Shown one piece after another: positions 36,201 through 48,892 of a DNA stretch of 64,000 nt. The DNA comes from Blasia pusilla (taxonomy: Eukaryota). Under the pieces are notes generated by a model that saw only the letters and a program-made list of their open reading frames with translations, did not search any database and was not told the DNA's origin. Location: assembly GCA_050084515.1 (NCBI GenBank), contig CM114271.1, positions 3,286,001 through 3,350,000 on the forward strand. The letters run 5' to 3'. The position numbers were made by a program, and so were the translations under genes. Position 1 is the first letter of the stretch, and each line of letters begins with the position of its first letter.

Positions 36201-38018
36201 CAAGTCGGACGGTACATTGGATAAATTCAAAGCGAGGTTGGTCGCACAAGGATGCTCACAAATCGAAGGTTTTGACTACTATGAGACTTTTGCTCCTACT
36301 GCAAGGATGACAACCATTCGAATTGTTATAGCGATCACAAGACATTGGCATGTATACCAATACGATGTGAAGTCTGCCTTTCTGAACGGGAGTCTCAAGG
36401 AGGAGATATATGTTTCTCAACCACCAGGTTTTGAGACACCCGGATCAGAAGAGAAAGTTTGTTTACTTCATCGAGCATTGTATGGGTTGAAGCAAGCCCC
36501 AAGGGTATGGTATCAACAAATAGATACATTCTTTCAAGAGAAGGGTCTCATCAAGAGTCTGTCAAAAGCAAATTTTTATGTGTTTTGCGAAGATGAGATG
36601 TATATGTTGATAGTCCTGTATGTGGATAATCTGATCATCATAGGAGACCAAAATAATAAAATAGAGGAAATGAAGGGAGTGTTGAAATCTGAGTTTGAAA
36701 TGTCAGATTTAGGTCTTCTGCACTACTTTATAGGGCTGGAAATTTGGCAACAATCAGATTCTATTTTTCTCTCTCAACAAAAGTATGCTAGAGAAATCTT
36801 GAAGGCATTCGGGATGACCGAGTGTAAGGCAGTGGTCTCGCCAATGGAGGTAGAGTTGAAACTCTCGATGGAGGATGTTTCACCATTGGTAGATGAAAAG
36901 TTGTACACAAAGCTTGTAGGCAGTTTGATATTTCTGTATAACACTAGACCAGACATAAGCTTCGTTGTGGGAGTGTTGAGTAGGTTCTCAACTAAGCCTC
37001 GTGAGAACCATTGGAAGGCAGGGATGCGTGTGTTGAAGTACATCAAAGGCACTATCGAGTACGGCATCACCTATGGAGCAGGGACGGAAATGACAGGTTT
37101 TGTGACTCGAGTTGGGGGAGATTGATTCTCGAAGATTAGTTTGGGTTATTTCTTCTTGGTAGGATCAGGTGTGTTGTCATGGGTCGACAAGAAGCAACCT
37201 CTGATGGCTCTTTCTTCTACCGAGGCAGAGTACAAGGCGGCTTGTTATGCTTCTTGTGAAGCAGTATGGTTGAGATGGATATTGGAGGACATAGGAGAAG
37301 CACGAGAAAGTGCTACTATAATGTGGTATGACCATCACAGTTGCATTGCCATAGCACATTATCGTGTGTTTCATGCTCTTACGAAGCACATAGAGATCCA
37401 ATATCACTTTGTTGGTGAATTGATCGAGAGAGAGGTTTTGAAGTTAGTCTATTGTCCAACAGAGGATAACGGTGCAGATATCTTCACGAAAGCTTTGAGC
37501 GGAGATCAGCTTCACCGACATCTGAAGGGTCTTGGCATAGGTCCAAGACAATAGTCCACATGAGAGTGGATATTGAGGGGGGGTGTTGGATTCTCAACAT
37601 CCACTTCTCTAAGCACCATTAATCTGATCGGCCCCCTTGTATGAGGAGAAGCCTAGATTGATAGTTCCGACTTAGACGTCGAAGGAGTCATAGTAATATG
37701 ACGTAGGTGGTTTTAGGAGTAGCATTACTAGGTTTATCTAACCCTATATTGCCCAAGACAACGCGGGGGTCTGGGGGCGCAGCCCTCGGAATTTTTTTTC
37801 TATTAATAGAAACAAAGAAAAATAGGTGAAAACCCTAGTTTTCCCGAGTAGTCAAATAGTCGGGAGCCGCAGCGGTAGCGCATTCTCGTATGTCGAGTTA
37901 TCTCCCAGTTCAGGTTCCATCGAAGCTCTTCTGTGAGCGCACGGACAGACTAGGCCACTTTATATTTCTAAGTTTTGTAAAATATTTTAGTGATTTTGTC
38001 ACTTTCTGTTTTCTCATA
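33248..38018 (+). mobile_element. Ty1/copia LTR retrotransposon with truncated 5' LTR, pseudogenised
   Basis: Partial 5' LTR 33248-33474, PBS TGGTATTAGAGC at 33475-33486, PPT (poly-G) before the 3' LTR at 37584-38018. gag/PR WVLDSGASRHMT, integrase VDDYSR...RTDRGGEF, RT QYDVKSAFL/YVDN, RNase H. Confidence 0.93.
33547..37554 (+). pseudogene. copia gag-pol polyprotein (stops and frameshifts)
   Basis: ORF fragments 33586-34596, 34781-35032, 35093-35326, 35384-36169, 36139-37125 and 37141-37554 in gag-PR-INT-RT-RH order. Confidence 0.9.
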
Positions 38019-38468
38019 AAGTACCTGGTGGCGGCTCGAGTCAGAGAATCAACGATCGTCGTGGAAGATCTTCCACTCCGTTATGGCAGCAATGGCAACC
38101 AACAGCGCACAACGGCCAAACGCGGCTTTGAGCGGCGCTAGGCAGCGGCGGGAATCGATGATGGATCGTCGACGATGATGGTTGACTGTTGATTACGGAC
38201 CGTTGACGATGACTATGACGGTGATGGCCACCGCCAACGCGGCAACTAATTTAGGGTTTGAACAATTTTACCCTTAAAAAAACCTAGCAATGGAAATTTT
38301 GCAAGATCAACCATAAATTTTTGCTCACAACTCATAATTGCACATTGTTTCTTCCACAATGTGCATAACTTTGAGATCTACGACAATATCTACTTCTTTT
38401 TTTTCATTCCACTTTCCCACAAAAACTGACGGGAATTGTCATGCAACCCTTCAAATCTACACTCCTAA
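38019..38468 (-). repeat. LTR of the DNMT-gypsy family, right part continuing the LTR at 1031-1876
   Basis: The reverse complement aligns with about 63130-63590 (gacaat.cccgtcagttttt; gagcaaaaa.ttatggt..atcttgcaaaa; ttggttgccattgc.gcc.t.acggagtgga), the part immediately following what 1031-1876 covers. Confidence 0.85.
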
Positions 38469-39139
38469 CACTAGAAGAAAATGGTGGTTTTTACAACTAG
38501 TAGTTTAATGATTGAGGTTCTTCATGACTCAAACATAAGACTAGAATGTCTGGTAGTCAGATAGAAGTCATATCATACAATATAATAGTAGAGTTTTAGT
38601 CATATAACAATATGACTAAGTCATTGAGAATTCCTAGGATATGGCATAGTCCTATACAAAATGACTTAGTAATTTTTTGGTCTTATGTATAGTCATCCTA
38701 CAAATTTATATGACTCACTTGTTTAAGAATAAAAAATGACTAAACATATCAAGTCATAAGCCAAGTAGAAATGAGGTACACACTGAAGTGAAAAAAAACC
38801 GTTGGGGCTTCTACATTCTCATTAACCTAGTTAAGTGCTTGCTTACGTGGCAGATGACATGGCGTGCTCATGATGCGCGAGCAAAGAAGTGTCTACCGAT
38901 TGGGGGGAGATGCGTGAGGGAGTGTGAGCGAGGGAACCTGATACGAGGGTAGGGCGAGCTAGGCAAAATCGCCGAGGGTAAGGCGATCACTCTAGGGCGC
39001 GAGAGAAGGCGAAGGGGAAGGTGAAGAGAGCAAGACATAGGCAAAGGTGTAGAGAGCATGCTGGTTGAAGGCAAAGGTGAAGAGAGCAGGTTGGGCAGAG
39101 GCAAAGGTGATAGAGGTGGAGTTAGAAGTCGTGATTGCG

Positions 39140-41648
39140 AGAAGGCTATTTTTGGTTGTCATTGTAGACACCTTCCATTAGACCATGCTTGGAGAGGAAG
39201 AGCTTATGGCTCCCAATTCAATGGCTTAGGGGAATCTAGAGTAACACCTAAGGGGGTTACAATTGATGACATTCTAAAATGGGCCGAGGAAAAAAGAATA
39301 TATGAGGAGCATGGGGGACGAGATGATGCTCCTAATGATTCTTGCAAGAGAACAGGGGTGAAGAGGCGAAGTCTTTTGTTTGATTTGCCATATTGGATAG
39401 TATCCACTTTATCCATTTACATTTGCAAAAGTTCATATTATATTTTTTTGAAGTTTAGCTCTCATGCTGAAATCTATTTTCCTTAACATAAGTTAGCATC
39501 TTCTTATTCGACATACATTAGATGTTATGCACGTGGAAGAAAACATATGTGAGAACATGGTGAAGACTCTGCGTGGTATCAAGGATACAGTGAAGTGTAG
39601 AAGAGATATGGAAGCTCGTGGAATTTGACCTCACTTGTCGTTACAACCACATCCAAGTAGGGCTCAAGGACTAGTGAAACCTCAATGTGATTATGTTTTA
39701 TCACCTCAAGATCTGAGCATATTCCTGTATAGGATTGAGTCTTTGAAAGTGTCGACAAGGTATAGTGGAGAGTTAAGGAAACATGTGGTGAAACAACAAT
39801 TGGGTAATATGAAGTCATATGATTATCATGTGTTCATTCACCAAATCCTTCCTTTTGCCCTTCGCGGCCTTATGAAGGATTCAATCCGCTCTACTGTCAT
39901 GCGCTTGAGCAAGATATTTAGGTCATTAGGTTGTAAAGCGTATGATCCTACATCTTATGAACAGTTGCATCAAGATGTAGCCATAACCTTATGTCTCTTA
40001 GAGATGCATTTTCCACCATCCTTTTTTGATGTGATGACACATCTCTTAATCCATCTAATCAAAGAATTGGATATATGTAGTCCATTAGCTTGCCGATGGA
40101 TGTATCCGATAGAAAGATACATAGGTACTTTGAACAAATATGCGAGATCTAAAGTTGGTCGTGAGGGATGCATTGTTGGATTCTCAACATCCACTCCTCT
40201 GAGCATCATTAATCTGATCGGCCCCCTTGTATGAGGAGAAGCCTAGATTGATGGTTCCGACTTAGACGTCAAAGGAGTCATAGTAATATGACCTAGGTGG
40301 TTTACGGAGTAGCGGTACTAGGATTATCTAATTCTATATATGCCGGGGTCCGGGGGCGCAACCCTTGGTATGCCAATACGACGCGGGGGTCTGGGTTTAG
40401 GGTTTAATAGAAACGAAGAAAAATAGGTTAAAACCCTAGTTTCCCGAGTAGTGAAACAATCGGGAGCTGCAGCGGTAGCGCATTCTCATATATCGAGTTA
40501 TCTCTATGTTCAGGTTCCATCGAAGCTCTTATGTGAGCGCATGGACGGACTAGGCCACTTTGTATCTCTAAGTTATGTAAAGATTTTAGTGATTTCGTCA
40601 CTTTGTGTTTTCTCACATGCATGGCCGAGGGGGTATGTAAAAGATGAAGCATTCGGATTTGTGAATGAGTATATGAGGAGATTTGAGCATGTGAGGACCC
40701 GTATTTGGGATAACGGTGAAGAAGAAGGAGTTGGAGGTGAGGAGTTGGAAGGTGTAGGACAGAAAGTTTGATTATCTCGAGAAATGCTACTCTTGGCACA
40801 CCATTATATGTTACATAATATTGAGGCCATGGTTTTATGGCACATGTGCATTTTCAATCAGTCACCTCATTCTCCAAGTATAATAAACTTTTATCCTAAA
40901 TCCTGCTCTTTTTTCTAATCTTCAAGGCCACCCTATTTATTGGTGATGTTATTTTCTTCCTTCTAGAAAATATGAAAGGTAGAGGGCATCAATTCCTTTC
41001 CAAAAGTGGATTCGACCAACCATCCTTCAAGATGCTAGGGAGAATGATGGGAAAGTGGATGAAGAGGCTTTGGCCTTGTCAACCCCTCCGCAACCCAAAG
41101 TAAAATCATATAAGTCTATGAAGGCTTATGGAAATCACTTCAGAGTAGAGGGAGAGGGTGGACGGAATGCATATTCAAGTTATGATAGTGGAATTGGAGC
41201 CATATTTTTGGATGAAGAGAAGGGGGACCAAAATTGTGCCTATTCATATGTGGGAGTCCTAGTAGATATTCTTGCATTTGATTATGGGATTTTAGAAAGA
41301 CCTATAATATTAATGAGAGGGAGGTGGGTGAGGGCAGATTGGGACTCTCGCATGCCCTCAATGAAGCGAGATCGTGAAGGCTTCCTACTCGTGAATCTTC
41401 GATTTTGTGAGCCAGCTATAGTGGACCACCAACCCTTTGTGTTCCCATCTCAATTGGAACAAGTTTTCTTTGGAGATGCAAATGAGGGAAGTGGATGGAA
41501 TGTAGTTTTGAGGAAAGAGGCTAGATCTCGTCGGGTGATTTTTTATATCTATGATGGTGGAAACCCAAATCAAGTCCATTCAATTGGCCTCAATCACCTA
41601 GAAGCCATGCCCCATAGGATACCACCAGAAAACACTATCGGGCCATAG
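39140..41648 (+). pseudogene. CACTA TNP2/TnpD-like transposase, C-terminal half only
   Basis: GVKRRSLLFDLPYW, HTLDVMHVEENICE, KSYDYHVF, FPPSFFDVMTHLLIHL, RWMYPIERY, EGC|MAEGY (split by a solo LTR), PFVFPSQLEQVFF...GWNVVL. Confidence 0.88.
40174..40617 (+). repeat. Ty1/copia solo LTR inserted in the transposase
   Basis: TGTTGGATTCTC...TTCTCACA with TSD TGCAT (40169-40173 and 40618-40622). Confidence 0.95.
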
Positions 41649-42017
41649 AGCTCACAGATGAGGAGCTATTGATTGCAAATAAAGATGTTTACAATGTCCC
41701 TAGCATCCATGTTTCCACGGAAGTGGTTTCTCAAGATGAAATTACGAAAGGCGATGTAGGTCTTTGATTATAGTGTAATGTCTAACATATTGTAAATTGG
41801 CCTATATGTCTTGCTTTAAGTAGTGAGTTTGAAGTATAAGCTATGGTATATAAATTTTGGACTATATTGAGTATCAAATTTTTGCATTTGAGTATCTATC
41901 TTGTACTGAGCCTAATTGAGCTCCTTGACATATATTTTTTAGCATAAACATTTTGAATGGCATTCCAAGCCATCCCCGATAGCACATTAGGTGGTCAGGG
42001 GGAAGCTCGGTTAGACC

Positions 42018-45000
42018 TTGAGGCCATTCTTGCTTTTGAAGGCTTGGGTGATAGCAGATGGGAAGAACCATCAGGTTTGGTTGGTGAAATGGAGACATAA
42101 AAAAAGCAAGAGTGAGATATATGTTTGTTGCATGTACCTACATGATGATATACATTATGAGAGTTGGGAACCCTATTCGAGTGCAGTAGAGGAGAGTGCA
42201 TGTCATGTGGATACAATGAATCCCAATGTGTGCATTAATTTTGATGAGCTCCATGGAGTTGGAGATGCAAATGGAGAAGAGGCTGAGAGAGGGGAGCTTG
42301 AATTAGCCAAGAAAACAAGTGGAGAGAATGATGAGAGGATTAGATCTGCATTTTTTGTTGGAGATAGGAATGTAGAATCTCTTATACCTCTTAGAAGTTA
42401 TGAGAAACTTCATAGAAAATCCATGGAAAACACTCATGGTATTATGGGGAAAACTATGGAAGACTATGAGTCAATGATGGTTATAAACCAAAATAGTTGT
42501 TCAAGCGTACATAGAAAAATTAGCCTAGTAGCTATTCCACATACAAGTATCTCCAAGGAGGACCTTGATTGCTGCAGGGATAAAGTTTTGGCTTATGATT
42601 TGAGTTTAGAAGGGGGAGAAGCACCTAAGGTGTTGGAAATACATGCAACGTACATGGCTCAAGAGAGAGAACCATCATCTGTCTACATGACCACTGAGTT
42701 AGAAGAGGAAGGTAATGTGGATAAGGACCCTCATGCTGACTTTCCAATTGATGAAGAAGGGGAACGAAAGATAAGGCAAAACAAAAGATTTGCAACACGC
42801 AAACTTCGTGACATTCCTACAGAGTAAGGAACTCTCCCTCTTGAATAATGAATATGTGGGCTTATGAGAGGTTCATTTAAGCATATTCATGGATTCTAGG
42901 TATTTCATGCTCTTACATGGTTTGTAAAAATGGATTTTTGCATTATTTCTTAAGTATGTTTGATGGTAAAATGATTGTTTGGAAAGGTTGAGATCAACAA
43001 AGCCACCCAGGAAAATCCAATCTTCTAGGGCAGTAGTGCCAAAGGTTGTGCAATTGCGACAAAGTTCAAGGTTGACATCGAAGGACAAGAATCCTTTAAT
43101 GCTCGAAAGCATGCAGGATAATAGAGTGACTGATCCAAATTATATGCCATCTGAAAATATGGATTATCATCCTGGTGATGAGGAAGATTTATCTGATCAA
43201 CCAGATAAAAAACATGATCGTGGGCCTACAACCCACCCTAAGCAGGTTGAGAGGGTAACTACATCTTTTCTAAACTAGCATCATCATGATTCATTGAAGG
43301 ATGATTCATTGCATCCATGTTTTCATTCTGGTTTCAACCACACTAACTCTGGAATATATTTCATAGGCCCAAGTAATTGGAGGAAGAGAGCAAATGGAGA
43401 TACGTCACCAAGGGAGACAAGAAATGGGATGGCAATATCCAACATACCCTAATCCCACATGGACACAAAGTGGGAGTCAGTATTGGAGTACTCACATGGG
43501 CCCAAGGTGGTACGATTCCGAACATGATTCATCAATGGTGAATCATGGACCTGTTGGCTCTTACAATGTGATGCAACCCCCTCCCCCTCCACCACAACGG
43601 AGTGCACAAACTCCTGTTCCTCAAATAAGCACCCAAAAACCATGGGTTGGTGGAATGCCTTGGTCACAACCAATACCAATAGATCATCAATGGATGGGGA
43701 ATACCCAATTTGGTTTACAAACATGCACTCAAGAATGTTGGCCTCCTCGCACACCATCTTCCCAACCAATGGAAAGTCAAGAACAATGGGGTACCCCCAT
43801 TCATGGGCAACCATGGGCAAGGCAAAGTGTAAAATCTATTACCTTGGAAAATTCTTGCATTGAATATTTTGATTATAGGTTTCCAGATATCATAGAATTA
43901 ATGTGGGAGTCTGAGTGGAACGAGTAGACTCATAATTGAGCTAGTATAACTTGTAGCATTGGATTTCCGCGTGTGTGTATATATATATACCCCATAAATG
44001 AGTTCTGATTGCTAGTTTCTTTCTTATGATAGGATGGAGGATCATGCCCACCCCCTTCATATCCAGCAGGTGGAGAAGGTTTTGACTCAACATTTTGTGA
44101 TGGGTCATCGGGATTTGTTGGGACGAGTGTACATTCGCAGCAAAGTGACTCTTGGTCTTTCATGGCCCCTAGTCTCTCCAAATCCATAATTAATAGTTGG
44201 ATATATAGTGTCTACATATAGTCTCTTCATATGGGTGGCATAAGTGCCAATTCAGCGTGGTTAGGATGTTATAATGTGAGATGCTAGTAATTGTCTTCTC
44301 ATGTTGGTTGAAAAAATATTTATTTGCTGCTTTTCTCTTTTCAGGTAATAGGGCAAGTGCAAGGAGAAGTAGAATCAAGAGGGACTTGTGGAATCGAGAT
44401 GTTGCTCAATGCAAGGAGCAAAACCTTCTACCCATATGCGAATTGTTGCCTACTGGTGTCCCTAAGACAAAGGTGCCTGGTTATGAACCATGGTTGAATG
44501 ATTTGAAGGTATAGACCATGTGCTATCTCGACTTATCGTGTGTCGAGATGAGTAGGCAAGACGCTTTTAGTGTGGCTAGTGTTCGTAACCATATCGAGAG
44601 TGCATACGCATATGTTGGCGCATAAGCACTGTATTTGGACTTCCTGAAGAAGAAATGTGCACAATTGTTAAAAACATAACGGTCCGCCATGAAAGCATAT
44701 TGGGTGGCCAATGGGGCTCATGTCGATGTCCCATGCCACCCTGATGCAAAGAAGGATGTGTGGGGACGATTGGTAGATTACTGGCTTTGAAGAGGGTATG
44801 TTGAAGGCCCAAAAGCTGGTGAGCGCAAGATCCAAGGTTGTCACTTTAAAACACACCGGCAGGGGAGGATTAGATGGGTTTTCTATAAGTTATTCTTAGC
44901 TTTCTTATTTACTATGTTCTATGATTTATTCAAGTGATGTCTACTAAATATCAAAGGTTGATCTAACTTCCCTTTGTTTCTCTTATTCATATATAACACG

Positions 45001-46801
45001 GTAGAGGTGTATCGACCACACCAAGCTATGTGGATATCAGTGATAGTGGCCCAAGAGCTTCACAAGGGAGTCTTGTAAGTTACTTGTTGGTTTTTGTGTA
45101 ATCAAAGTTGTATGACACGTCTTCACTTTTCTTGGGATCCAACCTTATGGAAATCACTTTCCTTTTAGTTTTTATCTCATTCTCATTGCTTTCATTGTCT
45201 ATAAAATCTTAGGGAAAAGGTACAATAACATGCATGGATGGTAAGGAACTTGAAGTGGAAATAGCAACAGCAAGTAAGAGCTTTTTTACATGTGGTTCTC
45301 GAGTAAGTCAAGTCGATCCTATTAATTTGGTAAATGTAGGTGGATTGGGTTTTGTTACTTTCTCTTTCTATTTTGTTTCTTCTTGTTGTGTTGAAGTCTT
45401 ATGATTATTATATGGCTAGAGCAAAGATGCAATTTAATTGGATATGTTTTGTTTATTTCCAGCAGAGTGTGGAATAAAATAAAATAACTCTTGAAGGTAG
45501 AGAATAAGTGGAGTGAAGATATGGGTGTAATCAAGGGCCAACTTGAAGAACAAATAGAAAAAAATCAACTACTCTTGGAAAATAAGATGTCCATTAACCA
45601 GAATTTAATTGAGCAGAAGTTGGAAAGGAACCAACAAGAACATAAATAAGCTTTTTCCATGCTTGTTGATATGATCAACAAGCTCTCGGAGAATAAGAGG
45701 CCTACAACATTAGCAAGTGATCTTAACCAATATCAAGAATGTAAGAAATCCTTTCTTCATTGTTCTCTTGTATAATTTTCTATCATGTTATTAGAAACTT
45801 GACACTCTACTCTTAAATTTGTGATGGCAGGTCGCTCTAAGGTACAGACAGAGCATGTGAAAGATCAAGTTGATATTGTAGCAATTGAAAAGGAAGCGTT
45901 AAGGGAGTCGGATAAGCATGTACGTATAGTTCAAGCTGGTATGTGTATAAAAATTCTCATACTACTTGTTAATCTCTTCCACCCATCATTGGAGATTGTA
46001 GCATGGGACATGGTACAGCTTTCCTTGAATATGTTTTGCAACTATCATCCTATATGTATTTCAATTAGAAAAGTACTTTGTAATGTAATGGGTTTCCATT
46101 CTTGGTGCTACATGGAATTCTAGAGGAGCAAGATACCTTTCAGAAAAAAAAGGAGGTTTAACTAAAGTGACGACCGACATCCTTCCAACTGCAAGTAGTG
46201 AACAAGAGAGCGATGTGAAATATGGGAGCACCAAGAAAAACAATGGAAAGGTAAATAGCATTTGATATATATTCTGAAGTCTTTGATCTTCCATGAACAT
46301 CAGGTCCTCACTTGTAGGTATGTGTAGGATTCTGATCTTGCATTATAAATGATCAATAAGTGACTTTTTATGTCAGGTGGGATATGTAAAGTTTTCAAGA
46401 TCTCTACCTTCCGAGGGTTGGTCTTTACCAAGGTAAAAAATAGTTGGTATTTACTTGTCAATCTATGATCTATTTGCTTTTGTTCACTAAGATGATTGGC
46501 TTTTCGGGGTTGTTTGCAGCTTCGGGTGGGAGATGAGGTTCAACTCACCAAACCTAAGCTCAACAGGACCATTTTGGGCCATGGTGTGGTGACACGCTTG
46601 AGTGCATGTGAGAAATTCCATGGGAGTGAAATCCCCTCAGGATTGGTGCGAGTAGACTTGAAGTTTTTTCAATTGGCTTATGTGGATCATTAACTATGGC
46701 AAGCAAATGAGGCAGACATGCCGCCCCAATACACCTTAGGTGATGCTCTTGGGAGTAGTATGCTTTGGCCTGAAGTGAACTTGAAGAAAGTTGTACGATA
46801 G
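42018..46801 (+). pseudogene. CACTA second gene (TNP1/TnpA-like), multi-exon, decayed
   Basis: Short exons with GT/AG introns. The last exon, GHGVV...FHGSEIPSGLVRVDL...YTLGDALGSSMLWP, matches the typical En/Spm TNP1 C-terminal pattern. Confidence 0.6.
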
Positions 46802-47389
46802 ATATCTTCCTTTATTCTAAGCCCAACTTCTATTGTTGATATTTATTGTGTGTCTCTTTTATGGACATTCAATTTTGAAAGGGCTTTACTCTTTACATCA
46901 CTTGGTTATAATAATGAAATGGTTTGTGCTTGCACTTTCTATATGGTTTGTGCTTGCTCTTTCTCTCTGGTTTGTGCTTGCACTTTCTTTCTTCCACTTT
47001 CTATCTGATCTATTGGTTTTGTTCCTACTATTGCAACTTCTCATCATGATTGATGTTTCACAATAAATTTTGAAGGGGATTAACCTTTTCAAAGGGCTAA
47101 ACTATGAAAACAAAAGCTCATTGATGCATTTTCGAGATTTCGGTGTTATGTTAGCATTTTTCAATGTTTCATATTAGACTTATTCGTGCTACATGCTACA
47201 ACATTATTTATTATAGCTCACTCTAAATTAATGTAAGAGTAGCTTGTTAGTGGGACAACTCCTATCTTATAAATCTTAAAAAAAAACTCACTACCATTCA
47301 AACATACTATAAAAAAAACTCTTTTTGACACTAAAGCTCAAAACACCATTAACAAGATTCAGCTAAAGCAAATATAGTCATTTAAATGC

Positions 47390-47910
47390 AACAAATCCAT
47401 CAATATGACTCGTCCATATTTTATGACTAATGTCAATCAATCATTTAAGTATTGCAAACTCATAATTTTGACTTTGTCATATTTTATGACTCGTATATAC
47501 AATCATTTATCCATATCAAACTCAGCAATATGACTTGGTCATACTCTATGACTCATCCACATTTAGTCATTTAGACACTAGAGTGATCACTATGACTCGA
47601 TATAAACTTTTTCCCCAATAATCTCAAGTTATTAAGACAACTTAAGGTGATCAATATTACTCAGTATAAACTTATGATTCAATAATCTCAAGTCATTTAG
47701 ACAAATTAAGGTGATCAATATGACTTAGTAGAATCTTTCGATTCAATAATCTCAAGTAATTTTGAAAATTTAAATTGATCAATATGACTGAATTGTATGG
47801 TATGACTCAATCATATCCTGTTATTTAATCAAGTCATAATGATCAATATGACTAAGTCATGCTTCATGACTCAGTCACATAGATAAGTCAATTTATGAAT
47901 ATGACTTAGT
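47390..47910. repeat. CACTA 3' subterminal repeats
   Basis: Many ATATGACT/AGTCAT units, ending abruptly at 47910 with no TIR. Confidence 0.85.
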
Positions 47911-48892
47911 TGAAACTCAGCCGGGCGTTCTTTAACCCAAATGGTAAGAACCGCCACTGGTACAAACAATCCTTCCCGTGAGGATCGATGCCCCAAAATG
48001 TCGTCTTCTGTCTGTCCTCCAATCTGCTAGGCAACTGATGGTATCCGGCTCGCAAATCCAATGAACAAAAGACCTTTGCGTGACCAATCGCATCAAAGAT
48101 CTCTCAAGGGTGGGCATGGCATACCTATCGGACTTTGTCTACCGATTGATAGGTCGGTAATCCCCACACATACGCCTATCCTTCCAATTGCCATGCACAT
48201 CCTTCTTGGCGGGCATGACACTGGCAGATGCACACTCCCCATGCGACATCTCCACTAGTCCTACTCCAACCAAGTCCTGACTCCTACTCTAAATCAAAGC
48301 CCTCTCCATATAATTATTCCTGTAGGAAGATCGGCGTATCACTCGACAACTCAATGTGGATCCCCGGTCCCTGCAGCGTACCCAAATCCTCCATGCTAAA
48401 TGCAAAGCAACTCCTAAAGCTCGTGAGGAATTGATGTATTTGGCGCCGCTCTCCTCCTGTCAACTTAGGGCCCGTATCTGACTCCCAAGTCTCCATCGTG
48501 ACTACAGTAGGACTCTTCGGCATGGATATCAGTGGTTGCTATGGTGCAACCCCATCTCGAACAACGACACTCGACCGCTCTCCTGCAACCAAGTGCAAAC
48601 TCTGATCTCCTCCACATGCAGGGCCCGGAACCACGCTCGATGTTGTGGCTATCATCTCTTGGCGTACCTGCAAAACATCCCTAGAAGTCCAAGGGTGTCT
48701 CTCCTGATCTCCCCAAGTGTGTTGATCTCCTCGGGTCTCGCCCCCAGCCACTGCCTCCACCATCTCGATAGGGGATTGGGGCTCACCAATGCAACCGCTA
48801 TGATCTGTTGCGATCTCATCTGACGCTGCTCAGCCACTCCTAAGCTGAAGATCCATGTCAAGCAGTTGAGGTCCATCGCTTGACCCAAGAGG
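47911..48892 (-). pseudogene. Fragment F of the DNMT-gypsy pol: DNMT motif X, linker and N-terminal half of RT (inverted)
   Basis: LLGQAMDLNCLTWI, then CFAFSMEDLG, RRMCGDYRPIN, SLDLRAGYHQL, LYQWRFLPFGLKNA, AEFQ. Confidence 0.88.

Larger units (their letters stand above)
38469..47910 (+). mobile_element. CACTA (En/Spm) DNA transposon, defective; 3' terminus displaced to 1877-2111
   Basis: 5' TIR CACTAGAAGAAAA at 38469, subterminal ATGACT/AGTCAT repeats at both ends, TNP2-like transposase and a second intron-containing TNP1-like gene. Confidence 0.9.

Noticed and set aside
40393-40405. Interstitial telomere
   Set aside because: Under two TTTAGGG units; too short to call.
43822-44190. Minus-strand ORF 43930-44187 as a captured gene or small internal inversion in the CACTA
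   Set aside because: No recognisable domain and no junction evidence that I could verify by eye.
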